A stretch of 64,000 bases of DNA from Neoechinorhynchus agilis (lineage: Eukaryota > Animalia > Acanthocephala). The stretch is taken from contig CM121342.1 in the NCBI GenBank assembly GCA_051530055.1, positions 11,609,480 to 11,673,479 of the forward strand, given 5' to 3'. The position numbers were made by a program, and so were the translations under genes. A model generated the notes under the pieces. The model was not told where the DNA came from and did not search any database. It saw nothing but the letters and a program-made list of their open reading frames with translations. Of the stretch, positions 1 to 15,085 are shown in pieces. Numbering within the stretch: the first letter of the stretch is position 1; every line of letters starts with the position of its first letter.

Positions 1-499
1 TGTAGCATTGTGGTAAATTTCGATTTCTACATTGTACTGGGCGCTTTGGTTGTTGCAAACGACTTTCCCAGCAAAACTAAAGGCCCTATTATCCGTGATC
101 AATCGGACTAATCCAACAACATTCTTCAAATAGATAACGGGTATAAACACATTTCCCACGATCCACAATAGTGCCTCTACGAGTGGAACTGTGAGTCTTA
201 TGGCTATTCGCAACACAGCTTCCATTCACTATAGCACTTCTCGTTACATTGTTTTCCTCTGTAATATCAAAAAATACCATAGAAGCCGGTTTGTCCTTAT
301 ATTCATCGTTGGCGCAACTGAGATACTTTAAATGGGCGCTGTGTTCAGTTTCGTCATTGACAGTAAAGTCCACCGTAATCTCAGTCTCGCAATTCGTGCC
401 ATCGTTCTTTAGTACACGAAAATGAACGTGAGATCCACGAAAATGAGTTTGTTCACTTCTATTGATTTGCAGTATTAAAAACAACAACAACCAAAACAT
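1..499 (-). CDS. Secreted protein with HFRG...CCW motifs (Sib/integrin-beta-like N-terminal family); frameshifted near 92 and runs off the window
   Basis: ORF 89..499 has a signal-peptide-like start (MFWLLLFLIL) followed by THFRG, and FEECCW near its end. After the stop, another frame stays open to position 1 (TDNRAFSFAGKVVCNNQSAQYNVEIEI). Family assignment is from memory of the motifs. Confidence 0.45.
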
Positions 500-749
500 T
501 ATAACTCTTATACTATGAACAAAATTAGGTTTATTGATCGTACGTTGCTTAGCGACAGATTCTAAGTGCTATGGCATCAACCGGCTTGGTTGAATAGAGA
601 ATAACAACACATTTTATTGATACAAACAGAGAAACCATGTACCTCTGGATCCTCTATTGATTTAATATAGAATCAAATTTCAGGGTTTCGTTTAACGCTA
701 GCTTTCGAAATCCCGTGATTTGTGATGAAAATGCTTTTTATGCCGGAAG

Positions 750-1957
<1,208 letters not shown>

Positions 1958-2133
1958 CTATTCAAACATTGATTGTCCGATTATTAAGAGTGTTCATGTC
2001 TATTTGCGCCTGTGAGTGAGCGAAGCGAAGCTTGTGCTTCAGTGAAAAACCTATGAAGCGCATGTCGACGTTGATGGTTTCATGGGACCAAAACAGTTTA
2101 TCCGCAGAAACTGTCAGTCTGAGCAATTCCTAA

Positions 2134-2300
2134 AACTTTTTCTGTTGTTTGCTTATGGCAGAAAAATTGAACGAATTTTTTTATTAAATCCGATATTTCC
2201 GAGGCACAATCTCGTGCCTTTATCAAGGCTGTTTAAGTGTTTTAACATGAATAATTCAATCTTGACACACTTTTTCTATTGCAAATATGCAAGAGTCAGG
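2134..2300. repeat. Dispersed repeat family B (ttatggc-ended) carrying a U3-A8 HHR-like motif on the - strand at 2186-2228
   Basis: Shares ttatggc..aaaatt and aatccgatatttc..ggcacaatc..gtgcctttatcaag with 28347-28513 and 29070-29230. The - strand reads TTGATAA A GGCAC GAGATT GTGCC TCG GAAA TATC. Confidence 0.7.
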
Positions 2301-3350
2301 GCAAACGAAAAGGAATCTTTTATTGGTCCTTATGGATAACATCCTTGATGTATTCGACAACTGACATTCTCAGCTGTGAATGAATTAAAGGATCGAGTGG
2401 ATAATCATTGTCAGCATTGTAACTGACGAACACTTGCCCTTTTGTTATCTTGCAGATCTTTTCGGCTAAAATATCAGCATCCACAAACCGCTGACCCATA
2501 AGACAGCAAACACTTAGAGATGCAAATCCACTTGCAGAATAGTAGTTACATGGATCTGCGTCTTTATAGCCGATTCGTGTTTGGACGTTGGATGATTTAC
2601 AGCAAGACAGAGATGCTCGGCGCGGTTTGGGACGATGATATTTTCGACCCCTACCGAATGAAGTGGACTTTTAATCAAGTTAATTGTGACAAAAATCGAA
2701 CGACTTGAAAATTTGATCACGTCTACGCTTGCACAATGATCTCCGGTTATGTCAAACGCCTTTCTGTAATTCATAGATTGCTTGATGGCCATCTTAAACG
2801 TATTTTTGTCTTCTTAAACCTGATGGTACAGTTTTAAAGAATTAAAAATGGGGTTATTGAGCGCAATTTCGCGAAACGCGTTTAACAATTATTAAAATTT
2901 GAGGCAATGGTTTAATTTGGACGTTCTTAAAAATCTTCAACTGATCATCTTCCAACTATTTTCCAAAATCACACAGACAATTCCCTCTTAAAGAGTGTTC
3001 AAAACATATTCAACAAACACTCTTTTTGAGTAACTATGTTCATAAGGGCTTTTTAAATCAAAGCGGATAATTCTATGAGAAAACTTATTTTGTTCAATGA
3101 AGCCTACAGAACAACTCATTGGTTTATGTGTTTCTAAATAGCTTGTTGCTTCGCACAAGACCAAGTATAATTGTATCAGCGTTTCTCTAAGGCCAAATCG
3201 TACAAAACAATATGATCTTATTGTTCGAAATCGATGTGGGCTCGTTGGTAAGACGCACACATAACCATTGTTCGAAGTTCACATTTGCGCGACCTCAACG
3301 AAGACGACGACAACAACAACGGTTTGGCTTTCCTCCGTTCCCCACGACTA

Positions 3351-4028
3351 CTATTTGGTGGATTGTTGTTCCTGCATTTGCTTCGATAAAGCACCAAAAA
3401 TGGTAACAAATTCATCTTCAGACACCTTTCCGTCTTTGTTGAAGTCAGCCATATCGAGCATCTGCTGAGCTTGCCTATCATCCATCACTTCGCCCAGATA
3501 ACTCATCGCGAGTTTGATTTCGGGCAAAGTAATGTACCCATCATTGTCGTGGTCGAAAACTTTAAAGGCGCACTTCATATCGTTTTGGTCGTGTTGCGCC
3601 TCAACATTCCTGACCTTGTTCATTCGACTAAAAACCGTCTTGAACTCATCGAAGCTCACACGACCGTCTCTATCGAAATCAACCGATTTAATTATGGCGT
3701 TTAAATGAGCCTCCGATTCGTTTTTGCTAAATCGTCTAAGCAGAGTTCGTAATTCCTCTGCACTTATAAATCCATCATGGTTGCTATCACATGCATTAAA
3801 CGCTACAATGACTTCTTCAAGTTCTTGCTTGTTAATTGGCCCTCCGCCTGTAGTGTTATCTTCTTGTTTAGTGGTACTACAATTAGATTTAACGCTCGAA
3901 GCTGCCGTTCTAAGGTCATTTTTGTTCGTGGAGCTAGCACCCGTGGAACGTTGATTTCCACCGCCACCGCCGCAGCACAGTAATCGCATTATCCATGATT
4001 GCTTTTTGCTTTGACGTGACGACGGCAT
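3351..4028 (-). CDS. Calmodulin-like four-EF-hand calcium-binding protein with N-terminal extension
   Basis: Single 225-aa ORF with four loops: DSNHDGFISAEE, DFDRDGRVSFDE, DHDNDGYITLPE, DFNKDGKVSEDE. Confidence 0.9.
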   Translation of the reverse strand: MPSSRQSKKQSWIMRLLCCGGGGGNQRSTGASSTNKNDLRTAASSVKSNCSTTKQEDNTTGGGPINKQELEEVIVAFNACDSNHDGFISAEELRTLLRRFSKNESEAHLNAIIKSVDFDRDGRVSFDEFKTVFSRMNKVRNVEAQHDQNDMKCAFKVFDHDNDGYITLPEIKLAMSYLGEVMDDRQAQQMLDMADFNKDGKVSEDEFVTIFGALSKQMQEQQSTK

Positions 4029-5299
4029 ATTGGGTGGCTAAAATACTTGAAAGGGAATAGAGAAAATGTGGTCTCTTAGTGAAAGGTAGGCGGAGTCGAT
4101 GGAGTAAAGGTATGCGCGTCCTACACACAAACACTGAATCCCCGGCGTTTATTTAGTACAACAGACAGGCTTCAGGGAAAAGAAGATGTGCAATCGGATA
4201 TGGTGCACACTCATTCGGTTGATCCTGACGGCACTCGTCGTTCAGTCTTATGTCGAGTGCAGCATCAAAAGGAAATACCAATCAAAGAACTGTCAAGACG
4301 AAAATGGCTTGCGAAAGCGAGTGAGACCCAAAACATTGGCCTACTAGTTTTTTAATAGGCAACCGAGTGGTAAACACTCTTCTTTTCCGATCTAAAGGAA
4401 CAACAATCATAACAGCAAGCTCACAACTCAGCTAAAAATATAGACGCAAAATTAATAAGAACTGCTTGTTTTAATCGCTTTGCATACTTCAATAAGGTAT
4501 TCACACGAGTTGCATGTTGAGAACAATCGAGCCCCTCCTGAGACACTAAAAACTAATTGAAGCACTGAAAAATCCTAGAAATGCCAGTGAATTAAGTGCT
4601 GTCAAAATTGCTCTGATCAAATTTAAACTAAAAGTGCACACTGAGACGCCCGAGAGCAAGTCTATTGCATCCACCCAACTGTTGGTTTTTTCCGTAACGA
4701 TCTCAAATACAAAATATCGCATGAAACTTGAAGTCTAAATGAATTTCAAAACAAAAATGTTGATTTTTAACGGATCAATCAGCAAGCGAATTATGCGAAG
4801 GAACTTTTTGAGTTTTTTCCCCTGAGAACGTTACAGAGTGCATAAATCCCGCATTTTTAGAAATCTTATCGATTTCGCACGGGGGGGGGAATGTTACAAA
4901 ATCGATAGATATGTAAGAGTCCAAGAAAAAGATGTTCAATAATGATGATAGATAAATATTTCGTCTTAATCAAAAGGCAAAGGGCAAAATGTCTATGGCA
5001 TTTGTACTTCATCAGCTGTTAAAAGCAAACATAAGAAGCATTAATAACACCAAAGATCTGCGAGAGGAAGGGAGTAGTGGATAAACGAGTGTGCCCCAGA
5101 AAGAGGCGACCTTATGATGGATAGAGAACTTCATTATGGGCGGAAAGGCATTTCCCTAACCAAGAAATCGTTTACACGTGCGTAAAGGAAGTAGCAACAC
5201 ACACAGATACAGATTACGTGCTTTCAACAACAAAAACTCAGTTAAATAAATAATGCAAATGCCGGGACAACCTATCGGTCGCAATAAGAATACTTCATT

Positions 5300-8200
5300 C
5301 TATAATGAAGAAATAAGGTTCTTAGCGACCGTATTCGAGAATACCGAAAGTCCTGTTATATGAGCGACTAGCTCCGTCATTCGAGCAAGAACGCTGATCC
5401 AATATATCGGTCTCAGACGATCAATCAACCTTGTAGGAAATAGCGTCTTTTCGTAATTCATACCAGAACATTTACAATACTTCTCGAAGTTGGACATTCG
5501 AACTTCTCGACATTTCGGGCACTGATGGTCTTGAGAAAAGTACTGAACCAGAAGATTATCAACGACGTCTATAAGGAATTGCTCAATGAAATTTACATCG
5601 TAAGGCCGGTGACATCGCAAACATAGCCAGAAATCTTTACGGCCGTCGTCTTCCTCGGTGATTGCACCTCCGTTTTCAATCAGGTTAAACGCACAGTCTC
5701 GAAATAGATCCACATTCAAAACAGACAAACATGCTCCATTGGAGAAAGTCTTCGTTTTTTGAAAAGGAATCAATAAAGTTTTATCAGTGTCGAGAAATGA
5801 ATTTAAAAGACTCCACTTCAGGTCCTCTAAAATCCCATTTGTGTGCCTTTGCGTTTCATTCAAACCAAGCGAAGCAAATGAATCGGCAAAATTGTTTACC
5901 TTTCAAGCACAAGATAACGCATCAATTCCACATGACTGATAATGTTCTTGTTTTCCGGGTATATTGCAAGAGAGAAAACACGGATTGCATTTCGTCCAAA
6001 ATGTATCCATTAACAAAAACAGATTTTCTGAAATTTGTCTAAAAATGCGTAAACTTTAACAAAAACTCGTTTCTATCTAAATCGATTAGTCTTCCAAATG
6101 AGCTCTTTTTATATACTACAATAAAAAAATATCCGTTGTTTAATTTTGCTGCACGAGATAATGATAAGTTTTATAAACGAGAACAAATTCGGTCAATAAA
6201 AAATTTCTTCGTCGTAATGTATCTTTCAAAAATCGAAATAGATTTGGCGACGTGTGTCCTAAGTTACTCGTAGAAGCCCATTTCAATAAAAAATAACAGA
6301 AATTCGTAATGGACGTGCAAAACAAATTACATATAAATCAGTTAATATATCGAGACTATTGCTTAAAATTATTGTTTAGAGGTCTTCACCCGGTAAATAA
6401 TTTTTTATTAAAGACGTTCTGCGAACCTCGTAAGGGGTTAATCATCAGTTTGTTAGTTATAAAAAGACGCTCAAAAACTGATGATGAACTCCTTACGAGA
6501 TTCGCAGAACGTTTTTTAATAAACTCTTTACCGTGTGCGAAGACTTCTAAATAATAATTCTCTAATCATATACAACCCGGTTCCTCCTCTCACATATCGA
6601 CATTTTGAAACTATCACTTTAGAATCATTTGTTTACTCTCTTAACTTGTACTGAAATTGTAAGATAATAAAATTGAAAGCACGAATTCTTTCAATTTTCG
6701 TCCAAGAATTTAAAAGACTTTCTCCGTACAGTAGACTTGAGGCACTACTAAGCTGGTATTAAAACCGACGTTGGCAACCCCTTTGCTTGAATCCCTGGAT
6801 GAAATCAAATGTCCGTATCCAAGATGTTTAAGAAGATCGTGCTCAAGATTGAATATTAGATCGCTTGATAGTTGGTCTACGGACAAAATGGCGCATAGAC
6901 ACCTTATGCATTCCAACGAAGGATTATCCCATGCGAAATACGAGTGCATAAATCTTGGATACACGTCCCGAGGAATATGTGATGTATCTATACTTCGTTC
7001 GGCCCATTTGCTCAGCATAACTGCGTTCCCATTCATTTCGATATTGATGATATTACGTATATTTGATAGGATTTTCGAACCAACTTCATCTGTCTCCATG
7101 TCTGGAAATACGGATGCGTTGACAATCTGAACAGATTTATCAATTTTCGTTACTTCACCAAGTTCCCTTAGAGCGAACTGTTCCGCAATAAAGACTACAT
7201 ATGACCCGATCAGATTAGTTACCTGTTTCCTCAGATCAGAATGGAGATGTCTTAGAAGAAAAAACTTGGCTTCCACGCGTTTCTCATTAAGATTCAACGG
7301 TTCAGTGTTCATTAGTCCGCAGTAGTTAAAGGGATCGACCCATAGAAGTGCATGCCAACACTTAAGCGGTCGGAGACGAGCGTAAGCAAATACTTGAACC
7401 TTTTCTTCAACATCGTCGCCCAGTTGAAGAGCAACTTTTGTGATGTATTGCGCATAATTTATAAGTGGTCCATAGGCTCCATGTTTTTTAAAATTCACGA
7501 TAACCTTCCAAACGTCAGCGTAAACTACAACTCCACCGAGAGACTCGATTTCGTTCAAAAGCAAAGACAGCATTTTCTTCATTGAAAGAATCACAGAGGA
7601 CGCTAGACAGGATTCGTACATGTGAGACGTGGGATTTATAAGCCAGCGGAGAAAATGAGTTAGAAGGGTATCGGCCATTTGATTCTTGAAATGCATGGCG
7701 TCGTTCATCCATGCACTTACGGTATTTTTTAAGATCCGTAACGATGAACATGACATCATAAAAGTATCACTAAAAGCGCCTGATGCGGATGGACCAAGGT
7801 TAGGAACTCCTGTTAGACCCACATCGTTTGAAACACCTGCAGCATTTTGATCTATGACTCCGTCGATTTCGTTCAAACGGCTAATGCCCAATAAAGCACA
7901 AGCAGCGAGGTTAATGAGTTCGAATTGAACACATGCTGAAGTGTACACTGAAGGTTGATTTACCATTGCTTCACACACGGCTGTAGGAGAGACGGGAATG
8001 TGATTGTAAACCATAGGAGAAGTTGAAGTTACATCGGTGTTGGTTGACCACCATAAAACATGACCGGTGGATTGAAGGTTCCTTGCGTAGAATACATCGC
8101 ATGCAAACGAAATCGCATCATCCTCGATGTTTCCTAATGGAATTTGGTAATAACGCGATTGCTCAATCTTGTACGATAAAGAGAAATTCGCTGATAGGTA

Positions 8201-11200
8201 TGAAGAAACAAAGTGGCGAGAAATGACAGTTAATCTCTTAAAGTTCCTAAAAATTAGCCGCAAACCCAATAGACAAATTGCCTCGAAATACAGCCAATTC
8301 CAGTCAATCGACAAACGGTCCGATTAACCATATTTGACTGTATGCTTAAAGCTCGTAAACAAAAATGCGGACATTCACATAACGCTTGACGTAAATCTTC
8401 ATTTCTCCTGTCGATATTGCTCTACCAATAATACTAAAAATTTAGTATTTTTATACAGACTGTGCGATTTCAAGCACCTCAGGGGAAAAAATTGAACCTT
8501 GTCCATTTTAGTAGATAATAAAAATGCAAAATTCTACCTAGATCTGAGGGGAGGGTTACATCTTTTTTTAAAGCACTTGTCAGAACTAATGTCAATGTCT
8601 AAGCTTCGTCAAATGATTATTTGAAATTTAAACGTATCAATTTGACGTTGATCGTATCCAAATTATTTTTAAAAACTTTAATTTCAATTACCGCCGTAAA
8701 CAATAGAGATTAACTGCACTTTAGAGAATCCTGCCACTCATCGCCTTTGAGTCGAGCATTATCATTAAAGGTTAGTCTCACGATTGGCGAATCATTAAGA
8801 CATGGAATTAATTGTCGCAGTTCATCGCTTAGAGCGGATGAATGTGTAACGATCATATGAGCAATTCTAAGATTACCATTTTCTTCAACACTTGAATTAA
8901 CAAAATCCATAATTGTAGTGTTCAGAAGACTATAAAGCTCCTCGGCTTGTTGAACCACGCGAACTTGAAATGTGTGATCCTCAGGTGGATACAGAGACTC
9001 ATCGACAGCAGCATTCTGAGTTCGTTTCCTTCGTTCTGCTAAGAAAATCTTTCTGAGATTAGGTAAACGATTCTCGCCTCTGTGATTGAGCACGAAGACC
9101 CGTGCTATCTTGCGCGATATTAAAACAACGGAGGCGAATGCAATTTCACGAACTCGTTTCCTCGAACGAAATCGTTTTCGGTAAAAGTAAATATAGACAG
9201 TCTCTGGAAGCACGTCCTCTGCTAAATACGTGAGTCGACTTTCAACTGGATCTTCTCTTATAATCTGATCTAGAGTGAGTGGCCCATTTCGGTTTGTGTC
9301 CATGGTGCACATTGTACCGGTTTCGATTATAAATCGAAGGATAGGAGAAGTCTGCAGTTCGTAAATGCCCAATACATCGCCCGAATTGCAAAGTTCAACT
9401 GTAATCTCATGATAATTTTCAATGAAAAACTTTTCCGGCACAATATATTCGTAGAGATATTGGGTACGGGCACCTCGAGGTAATATCTTTTGTGTTAGTT
9501 TGCAATAATCAACTTCCTCGTCCATTTTAGTTTTCCGATTTACGTAAAATTTACGATTTAAACGAACGGTATAAGAAAAATAATGACCATCTTCGTTCAT
9601 CGTTATAATGCGGGCAAATCCACGCGAAAGTGGAAAGATCTCAAGGATTTGAAGCGTGTCTGTGATTTGAGATTCCCTGATAAAATATCGAATATCATTG
9701 GCTTGCACGGTGTCGGCTTTCTTCTTATTCTTTAATCCTGGTTTTTTCGTCCTTGATCGACATGGCTCTTGTACTAGTTGTCTCCACATTTGCTTATAAA
9801 AACGAATATATTCAAGAAAAGATTGCCTTGAATGATTTAGGCGAATGCGATGAACCGGTCGAGTTTGTGCGGGGTTTGAATTCTGTTCAATTGCTTTAGC
9901 AGTTACTTCGTTCGGCGTTCGATTAACCTTCGGCACAGTTGCCACTGTAGGTACTTCCTTTTTCTCAACATTGAAAAAATCTTCAAGTCGCTGCTGTTTT
10001 GAAGTACTGAATTTTTCCATCAGCCTTTTTTGCAACCAGTCCGGGTAAGGCACACGAGGAAGTGGGTTGGATATGTTTTGAAACGAAGCAGGTATTGTGA
10101 TGAGTTTTTGAAGACATCCGTTAAAGCGGTCAATATAATAGTCCCAATCAATGTGATTACGAATGTCAAAATTACCAAGATCAGGAAGTTTAAGCCATTT
10201 ACGCAGAAAGTGCCGTTTAATAGCAGGTTCCGCCTGAAATATCGCGACAGGAATAGCACGATCAGCAATGGGTGCACCTTCAGGTCTTCTAGAAATAATA
10301 AAACGGCAAGTCAGACCTTTGTCCTTTATCATCTGCTCACCGAGAAATTCCGCTAAACGCTTAGCCGTCGAAATAGACGTTGACTTCTGCGACCCATAGT
10401 CACTCAATTGCCGAGACATACGTCTATTTTCAGCAATCAATTCAAACAACTCATCGTCACTTAATCCACGACCCTTGGCGTGTAAAATATCGAGCCAGTA
10501 ATTGGCTACTTTGGCCGCTGAGTGATAGCTCTGATCGAGAGTTTGACCGTTCAAGAAAGCCTCAAACACTGATGACTGGAATATTTTTATAAGTTCTAAT
10601 TCGCCGTTCCGCTTTACCTCGAATCCTTTCAATTCGGCAATCGTTCGGTCGAAATTGAAAACACAGTAACGTTTCTTAATCCTCTTTCCTTCTTCCTTCG
10701 AAGCTGGTAAAATCATCGCATGATAGGGACCGTCTACCTCGAAAAAGATTGAATTCTCGGATTTTATGACATATTGAATCCGCCTTCGTTCCAGTCCATC
10801 GGTATCATCATCTAGCACTAGCTCATGATATTGATCATTCGTAAAATAATCTTTTATTGGGACGTAATGGGACGAATTATATGAAGGTTTAAAAAAATCC
10901 AGATTTTGAATGCTATGACATTCGAGTTGAAGGGAAATTGTGAAAAAAAAACGTGACGAAATCTCTGTCAGTTTACCAAGATTCTTTTCCGTGCTGATTT
11001 GTAAATAGCAGACACAGAATCGAAGAGTAATTACACATAGATAACTTCATGAAAGAATAAAAAAAATCATTTCATTTGCAAATTTTAAGGAATACGAAGA
11101 AAAGGAGAGTGAATTTCAGCATTGAAATCCCTGCTACTCTGAACCATTTTGAGAAATGGTAAGTTTACGATTGTTCAAAAACTAAAACATTTGAAAATGT

Positions 11201-14200
11201 ATGCAAAACGCGAGAAACGCGTTCAAAACTGCGAATGACAAAAATATTGAACCAGAAAATCACGACTTATTTCGGCCACGTCTCTTTACGCCCTTTACAA
11301 GAAGATTAAGTATTGCACAAGGATACGAAACCTTAAAACTTCCGCTTTCGCCCATGTCATTGATTGTCTTTACAACAAAATTCGAAGGAAAGGACGATGG
11401 AAGCATGCACCATATACCATCGGTATCGAGTTCTAAGGGCATTCCAATTTGATCAACAAGGATCCTCGCTTTCGTTATAATCAAAGATCCCGTATAACAG
11501 ACAATACCGGCCATTTCGAGACTGTGCCACCTAGCTCCTTTTCTCATAACATAACCATAGAACGAATTCAGGATACATTTGTGGGCCATTTGAAGAGAAT
11601 CATAGAGCACAACCATGTTAGAGCAATACCTAGCGTGGTCGGAATCCTTCGAATGTTCTAACTCAGATTTCCATTTCTTATGTAAACTCTTAAACTCATA
11701 CCGGCGATCTCGGAATGCCCGAACAGTGTCAACATAGAATGAGTTTTCTCGCTGGCATATCACAGTCTCCTTTTTTTCCTCACGAACAAAATGTATCCTT
11801 TTATAAACCTTTTTGCTATAATCTGCTAAACGCTTCTTTTCCAGTGATGATCGTTGTTGAACTGGTAAAGCGAAATACGATCGGAGTGGCTGGTTTGCAG
11901 ATACTGGAAAACGTTCTGATTCCAGTTGAGCCTTCACTCGTTGTACTTCAACTCGTGTAACTGGCATGTACTCTGTACGCGACACCCATTCCATTGAACG
12001 TTTGCATCTTGCGTTAGGAGCATTGAAGGAACAAGTGGCGCAATCCATTCGAGTTACAATCGCAGAAGGTTGAAGGCGATTTGTAAGGATTATGTTCGGA
12101 TACATTGCGCCAACATCTACATGCAAATAATCTCTCGCTTTTTGTTAATAAATTAAAATAGCACTGCTCATTTTTTATTATAATTTTAAATTAGTTTCCT
12201 CGGAGGAAACGTTCCTGCAGAAAATAGGTGAAAATTCGTATGTTCGAGATTAGAAAATAAAGCGGCCTCAATATATTGTTTATTGAGATTATTTACGTAA
12301 GTGATATATGAATGGAAGTTCTTTGACAAAAGGATTATCTCTTAGTATAGACAATTTCTCAATGATTTCCTCGCTTACTTCTTTTAGATTTGTAACATTA
12401 CTGAGATCAACGCCTTCGGTTTCAATCGCTAGTTCCAATGTTCGATCAACCTTTTGAATAAGGTCCTGTATAGCTACGGGTGACGTCTTAAACTTTATCG
12501 GTATATCGCTTCTAAATACTCCAGACTCGAGAGCCTCAACACTCGCTCCTACATAGGTTTCCTGTTCAATGAGATGACCATCGTTTGTGTATCGGTCAAC
12601 TGGACTCGTCTGTCTATTAGGGAAAATCACATTTGCTTTGAACGCTTCAGCCATTAGAAGCCCCTCACATAATGTACTCGATCCGTTCCTGAGGACATCA
12701 TCAGGACCAAGAGGAATGATTGTACAAAGGGCAAAAATGAACGGATGAACGTATTTAGTATAGAGATAAAATGTCGCCACAGCGTCCGATACAGAATACG
12801 TACAGAGTAGTTGTGGATGCTCAGCGGCGTATTTACACATGAGTTCTGGATCTACTTCAACTGGATCGTATCTTAACTTCGCTTTTGTAACGGCCTTTAA
12901 TCCCTGGCTACCGATTGGTAGATAACTATCTCTTTTGACCCATTTCAGGCAATCCATATGAACAGCAGGACGGCATAAATAATCTTGGACTTGTCCTTGT
13001 TTTGAACTTTTCGCGAAACCAGTTTCGACAGTTAAATCGATCCCATGCTGAAGAGCTCGGGTTTCTATAAAAGGCCAATCAAATGAATCGCCGTTATAAG
13101 TAACAAAAATTAGCGGACGAACGCGTCCAATGTGGTCGAAAAAGTAATGCAAAACGGATTTTTCATCTGGTAGGTTGATAACTTTAAAATGACCCGGAAA
13201 TTCCTTTTTAGGAGTGTACTCAAAATCGCTTACGTCTTCACCGATAATTTCACGATTATTCACAAGAAACCCTAGTCCATCGTACATATAAGAAATCATC
13301 ATTATTTGATCGATACTAGCGTCCGGGAATTTAAGTGGCGATTTGGTAGTTTCTATATCAAAGGCAAAAACACCAGGATCTGGCTGCTGTAAAAGCAAAG
13401 GTTGCGGCGAAATAATGTAGCTTTTTTCGGAACTCAAATCAGTTGTAACACGACTAACTTCGTACCACAGGCCAGTGCATAAATTAAGATCAATGGCAGC
13501 TCGTGTTACAAATGGCACATCGTACTCACGAATATCAATCACATACTCAAGTGGCTCTCCAGACATTTTTAAAGATGAACTATTTTCAGTGCTACTCATA
13601 GCAGTCGATGTATCGCCCGAAATAAAGGAAGCAGTTCGAACCTGGTGTCGGTGGTTAATAGACCTCGATTTCAAGGCGAACGGCATCAACTCACGGCGAG
13701 CAGCGTTCATGTCATCATTGTTGAAAAAGCAGAGGCGAATACAAGAACGACGAAGACCAGTCAAATGATTATTGAGACTAAGATCGTCTTTCTCCACTAA
13801 AGAGATGGATGAAAGCTTGTCTGCATATTTGCGAGCCAATCGAGTCATTATTTCTCGACTAAACTCGTCTCGTGGAATCACATAAAAGTACGGTCGAACC
13901 AGTTGAACCACCTTAAACCGATTTGAATCGTTCGCTATGAAATACAAATTCAAAGCAGCCATAAATCGGTGATCTTCTTTATTCAGCACCTCAGTCATCT
14001 GCATATTGAACAGCCATCCAACACGAGATTCTCCTGCCGATGTGAACTCTTCAAATCCGTACAAGGAATCGACACGAACGTTTTCTTTGATTTTCAAAAG
14101 TTTACGTGTACTTGTAGCCTCAGACGAAATAGAAAGTGGTGCAGATTGAATAGCAAGGTCTGTAGCTTCCAAATCAATTGCAAACTCATTGTCTGCTCCG

Positions 14201-14223
14201 AAATGAGTGTCTTCATCGTCCAT
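5300..14223 (-). CDS. POLE: DNA polymerase epsilon catalytic subunit (multi-exon)
   Basis: Exonuclease motifs [26 protein letters not shown]. Polymerase motifs [42 protein letters not shown]-terminal Cys motifs CLRC and CPKC...CKC. ORFs 12289..14223, 11260..12126, 8710..10818, 6710..8314 and 5300..5863 are collinear. Confidence 0.97.
6366..6602. repeat. Family C palindromic element in a POLE intron: ~190-bp imperfect inverted repeat plus a one-sided tail, with an HHR-like core in each arm
   Basis: Left arm ttagaggtcttcacccggtaaa...gacgttctgcgaacctcgtaaggggttaatcatcagttt pairs with right arm aaactgatgatgaactccttacgagattcgcagaacgtt...gaagacttctaa. The tail cctcctctcacatatcgaca recurs inverted at 48386 and 23849. 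Confidence 0.8.
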
Positions 14224-14746
14224 CTGAAAACCTTCAATAATAAACAGTAGCGAATTGACGATACGAAGCGCTAAAAATCATTAAAAAAATGACAATTCCA
14301 ATGAAATGACTCTAAGTTCAAAGATACAAATGGTGGGCTATTTAACAAACATTGCCTTCTGTACCATTATAGAATACTCAAAAGAAGGAACAAGTCAAAC
14401 ATTGAATTATGGTTGGATTTGTGGTTATCATAATGCCGGATAAAAAATATTATTGATAACTATATCGAATTTTACCCATTTAAAGCTCAGATTCCAGGCT
14501 GAAAAAAGAAGAACAAAAGTTCGTACGTATAACAATGAAATGTAATGTACCGCAACTGAATTCGAGCGGACATGAAAAATTATTCTGCGACGATTTCACA
14601 CTAAGATACAAAATCGAAGGGTTATTCCTATTGAGAAGAAAATGGCATCAAAGGAACTACAATAAATTTCGTGTTATTAAAAATCGTTGATCTAAAAACA
14701 GAACTTGGAATATAACTACCGTTTTATGAGCAATTTAATAACGAAA

Positions 14747-15085
14747 TTAGTATTTTTCATCAGGTCGATAGTTTCCTTTCCCCGGCACGGGTTTCATTTC
14801 ATAATCTTTTTGAGCGACGGACTCAACAATATCGAGCATTCCTTTGAGATTAAATTTTTCATACTTTTTCAGAATATCTTCATCGTTGCCTTCCATTAGT
14901 TCTTCCAAAGTATTTTCATCTTTGGTTCTCGATTTAAACTTCTCGTACCGGGCAGTATTTAGGTATTGCAGCACACCGTAAAAAATGAGAGTTAAACAAA
15001 TGAAAGGGATGAAATCTCGACGAAATCTATTTGAAGGCCGCTGAGGAACTGATGAATGGAGCGATTGTTGATTTTGTACTTTCAA
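14747..15085 (-). CDS. COX16: COX16-like cytochrome c oxidase assembly protein (start codon unresolved)
   Basis: Single TM segment FIPFICLTLIFYGVLQYLNTARYE, followed by NDEDILKKYEKFNL and DYEMKPVPG, resembles COX16 architecture. The ORF begins at TTG, and the first ATG is far internal. Confidence 0.45.
   Translation of the reverse strand: MKVQNQQSLHSSVPQRPSNRFRRDFIPFICLTLIFYGVLQYLNTARYEKFKSRTKDENTLEELMEGNDEDILKKYEKFNLKGMLDIVESVAQKDYEMKPVPGKGNYRPDEKY

Noticed and set aside
2461-2830. Enzyme-like coding fragment (LGAVWDDD, FDHVYACTMISG)
   Set aside because: Interrupted by stops, and I cannot assign a family.
5700-5740. Loss of a POLE C-terminal metal ligand (DLC->DLF)
   Set aside because: That Cys is not one of the four CysA ligands; the CxxC pairs appear retained.
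6771-14250. Short + strand ORFs overlapping POLE
   Set aside because: Antisense shadows of a long coding region, with no recognisable motifs.
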